This document shows, piece by piece, positions 30,464 through 38,770 of a stretch of DNA of 40,000 nt (position 1 is its first letter; each line of letters starts with the position of its first letter). Made by a program: the position numbers and the translations under genes. The stretch is from assembly GCF_061322215.1 (NCBI RefSeq), contig NZ_CM196105.1, one strand, 5' to 3'. A model generated the notes under the pieces. That model searched no databases, had not been told where the DNA came from, and was given only the letters and a program-made list of their open reading frames with translations.

Positions 30464-31129
30464 ATGCGTTATTGCATTTACACTCAGGATGAATATATGG
30501 GAAAGATTAAAATTGTAGTTTCAGATCAGCAGCCGTTTATGATTGATGGGATAATTGGATTTCTCGGACATTATCCCGATTTATATGAGGTTGTTGGGGG
30601 CTATAAAGATCTGAAGAAAGCTATAGCGGAGTGTAACAAATCTGCAGCCCAAATATTTATTTTAGGAGAATTTGCAGGTGGAATGATGGGGTCCGAACTC
30701 ATAAAATGGGTTAAATCGCATAAAATAGATGCTCATATTATTACATTTGTAGCAAAAATGCCGTATATTGATTCAATAAAATTGCTTGAAGCCGGTGCGA
30801 AAGGATGCGTATGGAAAACCAGTCACCCGGCGAAACTAAATCGCGCTATTGATTCGATTAGTAATGGTTACACTTATTTTGATAGTGTACATATGGATTG
30901 TGAAAAAATATCTTCAAGATATTCCTCTGATAATCAACTTACAAATCGTGAGTCTGAAATACTACAACTCATAGCTGATGGAAAAACAAACAAAGAAATC
31001 GCTAATTTCTTGCAGTTAAGCAGGAAAACAGTCGAAACTCATAGACTCAATATCATGAAGAAATTAGATGTTCACAGTGGTATCGAGTTGATCAAAACAG
31101 CTTTACGTATGGGTGTTTGCACTATATAA
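30464..31129 (+). CDS. ygeK: YgeK, NarL/LuxR-family regulator with degenerate receiver domain
   Basis: 221 aa; receiver-like N-terminus and C-terminal HTH ([55 protein letters not shown]). Confidence 0.85.
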   Translation: MRYCIYTQDEYMGKIKIVVSDQQPFMIDGIIGFLGHYPDLYEVVGGYKDLKKAIAECNKSAAQIFILGEFAGGMMGSELIKWVKSHKIDAHIITFVAKMPYIDSIKLLEAGAKGCVWKTSHPAKLNRAIDSISNGYTYFDSVHMDCEKISSRYSSDNQLTNRESEILQLIADGKTNKEIANFLQLSRKTVETHRLNIMKKLDVHSGIELIKTALRMGVCTI

Positions 31130-31135
31130 AAAAAG

Positions 31136-31163
31136 AGGCTTTAGGCTCATTTTGCTAAAGCCT
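31136..31163 (-). terminator. Rho-independent terminator overlapping the pbl stop codon
   Basis: AGGCTTTAG (31136-31144) / CTAAAGCCT (31155-31163) stem, followed on the minus strand by CTCTTTTTTT. Confidence 0.7.
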
Positions 31164-31650
31164 TACGCTTGTCTATTTCATTAAGTCTGGTATATACAAC
31201 ATATATTTTTTTTGCATATTGCAGCCTCTTTTTTTGGTTTTCCATTGCAAAACCCGCGTTATATGTCCCCAGACATTGCCACGTTACCCCACAACGTGAA
31301 AAATGATTATATAAAATCTCGGTCCCTATTTTAATGTTCAGGCAGGGGTTATCTAACAAATCTCGTTCATCTTTTATTATTCCACGTTTTTTTAACATGG
31401 GAATGTGCATCTGGTTTATCTGCATTAAACCATAATCAAAACTCTTTATATTGTTTTTCTTATCCCTGTTCTTGCCGATGCTATCATTTTTTAAATTACT
31501 TTCAACAAGAGCGATAGCTTTGATCAAATTTGGTTCGATTCTGAAAATTGATCCTGCTTCATTAAAGCAAGCGCTACTGGCGAAAGACATTTTTGTAATT
31601 AATATAGAAAACATGAAGATGGATAAGATTTTAACTTTGGGTAAGCGCAT
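31147..31650 (-). CDS. pbl: Pbl, IagB-like T3SS-associated lytic transglycosylase
   Basis: 167 aa; signal peptide then CFNEAGSIFRIEPNLIKAIALVESNLK...FDYGLMQINQMHIP...NLKIGTEIL, the SLT motif set. Confidence 0.9.
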   Translation of the reverse strand: MRLPKVKILSIFMFSILITKMSFASSACFNEAGSIFRIEPNLIKAIALVESNLKNDSIGKNRDKKNNIKSFDYGLMQINQMHIPMLKKRGIIKDERDLLDNPCLNIKIGTEILYNHFSRCGVTWQCLGTYNAGFAMENQKKRLQYAKKIYVVYTRLNEIDKRKALAK

Positions 31651-31733
31651 ATATTTTTATGTGTAGGATTGAAGGAAAGGAACGAGATACTAATATATTC
31701 AGTATCTCGTTAATCATTTAAGTGGTCAATTAT

Positions 31734-31952
31734 CTACCATTCCAGTTCATAGTAAGGAGAGATAGGATTATCTTTCGAATACATATCATTTTGAAAAGAT
31801 GCCATCCATGTTGAAACTATAAATGCTTGTATTTGATCTGTATCAGTAGCACTGGTGGTGATGTGTTTATCTAATGAAACGACTTCATCACTCGTTGCGG
31901 TTGCTATATTTAAACTTTGAGAAAAATTATTCATATTGATTGGATTAGTCAT
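31734..31952 (-). CDS. ygeI: YgeI, small uncharacterised protein
   Basis: ORF track 31734..31994; the internal ATG at 31952 gives a 72-aa protein MTNPINMNNFSQSLNIATATSDEVVSLDKH...; position between pbl and ygeH. Confidence 0.65.
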   Translation of the reverse strand: MTNPINMNNFSQSLNIATATSDEVVSLDKHITTSATDTDQIQAFIVSTWMASFQNDMYSKDNPISPYYELEW

Positions 31953-32119
31953 AAAGTTCCCTTTTTTATTTGTCCAGGCCAATAGCCTATACACAATACT
32001 TTTTAATCTAGAGTATTTGATATATATTGCAATAAGGTAATTATCTTAGATGTTTTCATCTCTGTTGTTTACATAACCAGTTGCATACATCTAAACAATA
32101 AAATTGCGACAATAAAGAT

Positions 32120-33496
32120 TTATCGCATACAAATTCTCGTTAGTTGCTTTAGTTTCAAAATGTTGTCAATTATCACTCGATGGCTTTCACTCGAAGTTTC
32201 TTTATAGTAGAGTTTCATGTTGCTTTTGAGCGGGTTAGGCACATACATATCTACACACTCTTTTATCACAACTGCTTTTCGTCTTCTGGGTTCGAGTTGT
32301 AGTGATTTGTCTATACAAATCCTTGCCTCTTCAATTCTTTCATTATGAAAATTGACAAGTGCTCTATAGTAGTAGAGAGAGGCTATATCAGTTGTGTGTA
32401 TCTTAGCCTGTTCAAATAAGATATGAGATACTTTTGCTTGTCCAGACAAACCAGTTATCAGTCCCATAATAGCTAAAATTTTTCCATCGACATTGGTTAT
32501 GTCTGATACATAATGTAAAAGCTCTAATGCTTTTTGAGCAGCAAGTTCAAGTTCATACTTTCCATGAAGTGCCAAAGACATATGGCATTCCGCTAGCAGA
32601 CAATAACATTCTATTTTTAGCGTCTGTATATCACTTTTATTTTGTAATCCATCAAATATAGCCATAGCCCTGTAAATGCTTTCAGGAGTAAACTCGTAAA
32701 GTTCTTTCTTACCAGCCAACAGTTCATCTGATAAATAATGATTCTTGTAACCTTGGTTCGGTTTAGCTAATCTTACAGAACGCTCTGGATTATGTACCGT
32801 TTGAAGGATATTATCTATAATAAATTGTGATGTGTTATGTAGTTCATCAACAGGAAGATGATTACTGGCGATGAGGAAAAGATTTTTAGCGTCGATCAGT
32901 TCAATGTATAAAGTTTTCACCGCGTTATTCTGGTTTATTCTTCCTGTAACGAAATAATCTGGCTTGAATCTTCTCAAAAATGAATTTTGCGTTATGTGAT
33001 CATTACAAAAATTTGTCGCAGCCATCGGATAGGTATAAAGGCCATCGAATTTTTTATCCGAAATGTTTTGCACTAATTCCTGATTAAGTATTAATGGATC
33101 CAGGGTATTCAATGAAGTGGTGAAAGGAAATATAGCTATGGAATAGTCTGAAGTGTTATCTTCATTTATTTTAGTTTTGAAAACCTGTCCACTGAAACGA
33201 TAACCTTTCCGGTAGATTGTTTCTATGCAACGATCATAGCCAATTTTTTCAAAAATGCAGCGCAAAGAATAGATACATCTTGTCAGGGACTCGTCACTTA
33301 CAATAATATTTTTCCATACTGATTCGATGATCATATCTTTCAGGACAACATGACCAGCGGATTCAAGTAATACGATCAATACTCCTAACTCTTTCGGTGG
33401 AATATAAATCTGCTCATTTCCTTGAGTAAGAATTCCATCTTCCGTGAGCGTTAATCCCTCAAGAAAATGATATGAGAATTTATTTTCTAAGTCCAT
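32120..33496 (-). CDS. ygeH: YgeH, HilA-like regulator (OmpR/ToxR DNA-binding domain plus TPR-like C-terminus)
   Basis: 458 aa; N-terminal winged-helix ([45 protein letters not shown]), HilA-like architecture. Confidence 0.9.
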   Translation of the reverse strand: MDLENKFSYHFLEGLTLTEDGILTQGNEQIYIPPKELGVLIVLLESAGHVVLKDMIIESVWKNIIVSDESLTRCIYSLRCIFEKIGYDRCIETIYRKGYRFSGQVFKTKINEDNTSDYSIAIFPFTTSLNTLDPLILNQELVQNISDKKFDGLYTYPMAATNFCNDHITQNSFLRRFKPDYFVTGRINQNNAVKTLYIELIDAKNLFLIASNHLPVDELHNTSQFIIDNILQTVHNPERSVRLAKPNQGYKNHYLSDELLAGKKELYEFTPESIYRAMAIFDGLQNKSDIQTLKIECYCLLAECHMSLALHGKYELELAAQKALELLHYVSDITNVDGKILAIMGLITGLSGQAKVSHILFEQAKIHTTDIASLYYYRALVNFHNERIEEARICIDKSLQLEPRRRKAVVIKECVDMYVPNPLKSNMKLYYKETSSESHRVIIDNILKLKQLTRICMR

Positions 33497-33830
33497 TAGT
33501 TAACCTCTATGAAAAAATTGGTTTCTTGCATCCTGCATAAGCAATAGAAATTGTGGCTATTCATATTTATGTGTCATTAATGCTACAGGAGTTTACATTC
33601 GACATATCTATGGTTGTGTTCACTAATTTATCTTAGGAATTCAGTGATGTAATCTGAAATAGCCTTATTCAATTTTGATAAAATAGATTGTTCTCTAACG
33701 CGTTGAAAAATAGTAATTTATAGTGTGTTCTTAACTGTTTTAAGATGTTGATTTAAGAAAACATAAGAGAAGCTGGTCATAGTGGTTAACTGCACTATAA
33801 CCAGCAATTTTAACCAAATGCTTGTAATGC

Positions 33831-34322
33831 TTAGCCATTATCTTCTGAATTATCGGTTAAGAGTTCAATATATGCCTGCGCTTTGCTCTTAACACTTTCA
33901 TCCTCACAATTGTTAATAATATGATAGAAACATTGCATTGCGTTATCGATATTTTTAGCCCCAATTTGACATTGACCCATACGATAAATAACTGAATAGT
34001 CATCATACGGGGAGTAATTGTAACTTAGTTTGTAAAGGTCATATGCTTGTTGATATTTCTTTTTTGACTGGCATACTGATGCATAACCTTTTAGATATTC
34101 ATGATTTTCGAACGCATAAATGCACAGAAATTTATAATAAATTTCTGCGTCCGTTATATTACCTTTTTCATGGTAGTCGAATGCATATGCATATATTCTA
34201 TCAAGGATATCAGGAGTCAATCCATGTAGTAATGCCAGATTTTCTCCTTGCGATAATGCGTGTTTTAGTTGACTTGCCCATTCATCACTGTTATTGAATA
34301 TTTCAAGTGTATCTGTGCTCAT
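33831..34322 (-). CDS. ygeG: YgeG, SicA/LcrH-class (TPR) T3SS chaperone-like protein
   Basis: 163 aa; FLCIYAFENHEYLKGYASVCQSKKKYQQAYDLYKLSYNYSPYDDYSVIYRMGQCQIGAKNIDNAMQCFYHIINNCED matches SicA/IpgC-type TPR layout; RBS GAGGA before ATG. Confidence 0.85.
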   Translation of the reverse strand: MSTDTLEIFNNSDEWASQLKHALSQGENLALLHGLTPDILDRIYAYAFDYHEKGNITDAEIYYKFLCIYAFENHEYLKGYASVCQSKKKYQQAYDLYKLSYNYSPYDDYSVIYRMGQCQIGAKNIDNAMQCFYHIINNCEDESVKSKAQAYIELLTDNSEDNG

Positions 34323-34378
34323 AATATTCCTCTGTGATGTGTTTCGTGATGCTAAATTATTATTGATTGACTCATTGA

Positions 34379-34404
34379 TTTTTTTTTTTTTTTTTTTTTT
34401 TTTT
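34379..34404. repeat. 26-nt T homopolymer (A on the ygeG coding strand)
   Basis: Direct count: 2 T ending the preceding line plus 24 T at 34381-34404. Confidence 0.95.
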
Positions 34405-34566
34405 GCATTTATCTTTTTGAATTATGAGTTTTAAGCTTGCATTGCTTATGGGTATATTGGTTCATTATTAGTAAAAATACTGATCACTATAAACCAATAA
34501 TGTCATTAGTTGTTTTGCTAATATTCACCTTATTAGTTATCTTAATTACGACATTTCATAAATGCC

Positions 34567-35058
34567 TTAATGTGCATGGCCTGGATTCATATTATCAATT
34601 TCCATTTTTTCGATGAAAATTAAAAAAGGGATTTTTGCGAAGGGTAGTAAGTCGTCTGGTTTTTTTTCTTTATTATGTCTGGTGACGAGGGGGGATAGAA
34701 CGTCGGTACATATAGTAGAGAATTTATTCAGGTCTAAATTATTCTCTATTTTGGCCAGTTTTATGAGTTCATTTGTAGCCATACTCATTAAATCATCTGT
34801 TATCGGAAATTTATATATGCTCATAGCCGATAATATTGCTTGCTGAATTATTTCTTCAGAAATATCCGCTATCTTTATTGACAAATCATGTGTTAGATAT
34901 TTTCCTTCAAGAGATTCTTGTTCAATATAATTTAAACCAGACCTCATCGTAATTTTAACTGGATTCACGTATTTCTCTTCATTTTTCTTATTTTTGTTCT
35001 CCTGATCAGGAACTAATGGTTGCAGTGGTAGGCTATTATTAATATTTCGTGGCTTCAT
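34567..35058 (-). CDS. Uncharacterised 163-aa protein upstream of ygeG, candidate T3SS-related protein
   Basis: Long ORF MKPRNINNSLPLQPLVPDQENKNKKNEEKYVNPVKITMRSG..., same strand as ygeG; N-terminus Ser/Asn/Lys-rich and disordered-looking. Occupies the position of K-12 ygeF. Confidence 0.6.
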   Translation of the reverse strand: MKPRNINNSLPLQPLVPDQENKNKKNEEKYVNPVKITMRSGLNYIEQESLEGKYLTHDLSIKIADISEEIIQQAILSAMSIYKFPITDDLMSMATNELIKLAKIENNLDLNKFSTICTDVLSPLVTRHNKEKKPDDLLPFAKIPFLIFIEKMEIDNMNPGHAH

Positions 35059-35487
35059 TTTACATTTCTCTCATTTGATTAGAGCAAAATCCGAATTCGC
35101 AGCTTCTGATAATGTCAAATATCACCTTTTCTCATGCTTTATTCTATCAAAAATCGCTCATTTTTACTTTTTTTACCATAATGTTACTTAGTAGCATCGG
35201 CAATTTACATAACTTACATGTTGTTTTTTATATCCTGAAAAAACAGATAGATAGTGTGCACACTCGAAATGATATTGGTAACATAAATAGCTTTATTCGT
35301 GACAAACATCTCAAAAGATTTCCTTTATTATTTTCGAAATTCATTTGATCAAGGTTATCACCTTATGGAGACGTTACGTAGAATGACTATATTTGTTATC
35401 GGCACATTAGGGGTATTAAATTTAGTATTGATGGAAGGTGATTATTGAACAGTAACATCGAGTCACGGTAAAAATGTGAGGTATATA

Positions 35488-35913
35488 ATGGACATTGAGT
35501 TTTCGCAGATTCATGAAATGATCTATATGCATGATATTGTAAATTCGGACTCGAAAAAGAAACCAAGGATTCCGTTAAAAAAATTCCTTAATGCTGAGAA
35601 GGTTCTCACGCAAACAACATCATGGGTACTAAATTCAAGATATGTGAATGTTAATTCTGTCAGTAAAGTCAACGTAAAGAGTAAAGTTAAAAACAGTTAT
35701 ATCTCACGATCTGTCAATGATGAGTTTAGTTTAACAGATGATGAAATCAATTCTTTTAAAGAAACGTTAGTCCTTTCCTCTATTGATTCTCTAAGTAAAC
35801 TGGTTCTTAATAATCCTCTTTCTGTATTGTTTACATCGACTGTACGAAGGAATAATAATAGAGCTAAGATGAATGTTGAGTTCGACTCATGGATTTGCAC
35901 CAGATGTTGTTGA
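35488..35913 (+). CDS. yqeK: YqeK, uncharacterised protein
   Basis: ORF track 35476..35913; the ATG at 35488 gives 141 aa; position between ygeF region and yqeJ. Confidence 0.65.
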   Translation: MDIEFSQIHEMIYMHDIVNSDSKKKPRIPLKKFLNAEKVLTQTTSWVLNSRYVNVNSVSKVNVKSKVKNSYISRSVNDEFSLTDDEINSFKETLVLSSIDSLSKLVLNNPLSVLFTSTVRRNNNRAKMNVEFDSWICTRCC

Positions 35914-36141
35914 TACATGATATTTTACATTGCAAGGTGATATCTAAAATGAAAGATGTTGATCAAAACTTTGATGCTTTATACTGGCATATACTACAAG
36001 CATATTTAATTTTATTGTTTTATGATTAGCGAGGTTCCATCTTTTTGTTATCTATTTAAGTTTACCTTGTACAATGCATTATTGCTCTGTTACCAATACT
36101 CAAAATAAAAGCATGCTTACCTTACTTTAGTATATTATAGC

Positions 36142-36555
36142 TTACACTTTTTCTGGAAAGACATAAAAATCAGGAATAAGTTCTGCAAGTCTATCATCAT
36201 CGACTTGATCCATGATCTCAAATTTATTAACTTTCTTTGATGTTAAATGGGCTGTGTCATAGTTTTCAATCCATGTGTATTCAATATTTCGCCGTATTGA
36301 CTTACTTTCTCTGTTACCTTGTTGCCAGGTTCCGCTCAACGCAACAGTTCCTGTTTTATTTTTTTGGTTATACATAAAGTCGATGGTAAGATTTGCTCGC
36401 CCCTTGTCATTAAAAATTACCCAATTTGCAGTGCATGTTTCATTATATATCATTTTTTCTGCAGTATAAGAGTAAACAATGAAGAGAATAAACCCACTGA
36501 TAAAAACTAAAATAAATAATAAGTTTTTTTTATAATCAATCACGATTAGCCTCAC
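36142..36555 (-). CDS. yqeJ: YqeJ, FidL-like single-TM periplasmic protein
   Basis: 137 aa; N-terminal TM (NLLFILVFISGFILFIVYSYTA); start overlaps the 3' end of the ToxR-like yqeI. Confidence 0.75.
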   Translation of the reverse strand: MRLIVIDYKKNLLFILVFISGFILFIVYSYTAEKMIYNETCTANWVIFNDKGRANLTIDFMYNQKNKTGTVALSGTWQQGNRESKSIRRNIEYTWIENYDTAHLTSKKVNKFEIMDQVDDDRLAELIPDFYVFPEKV

Positions 36556-37345
36556 GGTAAGACAGGGTTAAACAGCCTGCCACTTCATGTTGGTTATAGT
36601 TTTTATTGCATGCCATAACAATCATCCCTGGTGAGGATTTTGCAAGAGGGAAGTATAACCACGGATATTTTTTACAGTTAATCCCCGAATCCAGTATCCG
36701 TGTCTTATATTTATCGAACTCTTTCAACCCATCAATTGTATCTTCTGTCACATTAAAATGGCAGCCATTAATTTCCGCAACAGTCTTGTAATCCTTGAAG
36801 AATGGCTTCGGTTGATTATTATTCCATAGCCAATGTGCAGAATATACGCCTATAGCAAATATGCTCAACATAATTAGATAACTTTTTATATGTTTGAGGA
36901 TTTTGTTATTGAAATTGTTTGCGCCACCAATGCTCTCTTTGTACCCCGCATTACCTTTTACGGCAGGTGGGGCATTGTGTGTATGTGCGTCTGTTGAAGA
37001 GTTTATTGCATGATTTTGTATGTTAATGTCATTATGAATCTTGAATCCTCTTCTCGGCACGGTTGCAATAAGCGAGTGGGTGGTATCACCAACAGCGCGA
37101 AATCCGCGTCTGATAATGGATATGTTCTGATATAACGTGTTAGTTGGCACACGCATACCTTCTTCTTCCCAGACTCTGGTGAAAAAATCTTGTTGTGCAA
37201 CCACATCAGGAAAAGCTTCAAGTAGAAGTGATAAACAACGACTGGCTGGCGTTGTCAGAACGACGTTAAGATCGGCGTTATGTACCGATATTAATTTTCG
37301 GTGCTCAGGCCAGAACTCGATATTATCGTTAATAATCCAGTACAT
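36536..37345 (-). CDS. yqeI: YqeI, ToxR/CadC-like membrane-anchored transcriptional regulator
   Basis: 269 aa; N-terminal winged helix (SRCLSLLLEAFPDVVAQQDFFTRVWEEEGMRVPTNTLYQNISIIRRGFRA), central TM (YLIMLSIFAIGVYSAHWLW), C-terminal periplasmic domain with Cys residues. Confidence 0.85.
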   Translation of the reverse strand: MYWIINDNIEFWPEHRKLISVHNADLNVVLTTPASRCLSLLLEAFPDVVAQQDFFTRVWEEEGMRVPTNTLYQNISIIRRGFRAVGDTTHSLIATVPRRGFKIHNDINIQNHAINSSTDAHTHNAPPAVKGNAGYKESIGGANNFNNKILKHIKSYLIMLSIFAIGVYSAHWLWNNNQPKPFFKDYKTVAEINGCHFNVTEDTIDGLKEFDKYKTRILDSGINCKKYPWLYFPLAKSSPGMIVMACNKNYNQHEVAGCLTLSYREANRD

Positions 37346-37678
37346 ACGTCAATAGACACTAAATCAATCGAAATGGAAATCACATAGTTTGCTAAGTATA
37401 TTGGTATTTACGACATAAATATATATTAATTTTATATTTATCATAATGATTGAAATGACGCTTTAATGTCGCAACGTAAAACTTTACGTAAATTAACATG
37501 ATTAACATTTATGCCACTATTGTTTGTAAATTCATATTTCGTAATGCTTCTGAATTTTTCGTATGATGGTTTTAAATACCATGTTATTTACTCTTGGGGT
37601 TACTGCTTATTTGTAAAATACGGGCATTTCAATAGATGCCCGTATAAGCAGAGTATGATTCTGGCAGATTGTTGAGTA

Positions 37679-38311
37679 TCAATGTTGGACCGAATGTGAA
37701 CGAATAAATAACTCGTTGATTTTACCACCCATTCTCTTTTCGATTCGTTGCTTGTACGCGTAGATGCTACGGATATCCATATCCAGAACTTCAGCAATCT
37801 GATATGGATTATAACCAGAAACCATATATCCCATTATGGTGAATTCCATCTGAGTTAATGTGTTCCCTCTGGTAAATGATAAATAACGACCAATAAATAG
37901 TTGTCTGATCTTTTCATTGGCAACATCAAGACCATCATCATTATATATGACAGCAGATATTGCAGAGTTGTGTTTTCGCCAGTAGTTAGCTAACGATTGC
38001 ATATTTCGGTCGCTGACTAAAACAATCCCCATGTCAGTACTTGCAAGATAGTCAATCCAGTCTTTTTCAAGGAATAGACGTAAAAAGCTTACTGAAAAAT
38101 CGACAAAAATATATCCGCTTAATCTCGCATTGTGGTTTTTTGTTAAGATACCTTCCACCACACCACGATTAAAATATGAACTTTCTTCGGGCCACATACA
38201 AAAACACGAGTTTGCGCAATACTGCAAACGCGGTGACTCTTCTGGCATTATTTGGCAATGCATTGAGCAACTATTGCATGTAAGACTTTTATAACGACTA
38301 CAAAGCCCCAT
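37679..38311 (-). CDS. yqeH: YqeH, LuxR-type regulator with Cys-rich N-terminus
   Basis: ORF track 37679..38371; ATG at 38311 (MGLCSRYKSLTCNSCSMHC...) gives 210 aa; C-terminal HTH LTQMEFTIMGYMVSGYNPYQIAEVLDMDIRSIYAYKQRIEKRMG. Confidence 0.8.
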   Translation of the reverse strand: MGLCSRYKSLTCNSCSMHCQIMPEESPRLQYCANSCFCMWPEESSYFNRGVVEGILTKNHNARLSGYIFVDFSVSFLRLFLEKDWIDYLASTDMGIVLVSDRNMQSLANYWRKHNSAISAVIYNDDGLDVANEKIRQLFIGRYLSFTRGNTLTQMEFTIMGYMVSGYNPYQIAEVLDMDIRSIYAYKQRIEKRMGGKINELFIRSHSVQH

Positions 38312-38725
38312 GTTAAGAACCTCCCTATCCGTATATAATTGCATAATTTCATTGGTTATTGATGATGTCAATACACCATGATTTTGTAATTTTGCCGGGA
38401 AAAATTGCGATTAATCTGTATTTGCTATAATTCTGAGTAAGGCATTTAAAAATGCATTTCTCGTTATCAAATATGATTATGTTTCACTGATTTAATCTTG
38501 CATGGTTGAGAGCGGTCCAGATAACTATCTCATGGTATAAGAATATCTATATCGCAAATTGTTTTTGAATGACCAGAAGATATCTTGCGAATCTAAGTTA
38601 TGCATCTTAAATAGTCTTATTTAAGATGTTCAGATCTCTTTGTTTGTTTAACTAACTGATAATACTAGGATATGACGAGAGAAGTGATAGAGCGGAATAA
38701 TAACAAATGAACATTATGAAAACTG

Positions 38726-38760
38726 GAATGGTTCAAAATTTTTGCAATTTTGAACCATTC
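38726..38760 (-). terminator. Hairpin downstream of yqeG
   Basis: Perfect 14-bp inverted repeat GAATGGTTCAAAAT / ATTTTGAACCATTC (15 bp with the inner T-A pair) about 10 nt past the yqeG stop. Confidence 0.6.
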
Positions 38761-38770
38761 ACAACGGATA

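Noticed and set aside
31451-31666. 71-aa plus-strand hydrophobic ORF
   Set aside because: Antisense to the signal peptide and start of pbl; a shadow ORF.
35112-35348. 78-aa minus-strand hydrophobic ORF
   Set aside because: No convincing ribosome site or recognisable motif; AT-rich DNA easily generates such ORFs. Left unassigned rather than called.
35697-35918. 73-aa minus-strand ORF
   Set aside because: Antisense to yqeK, which has the better start context and a K-12 length match.
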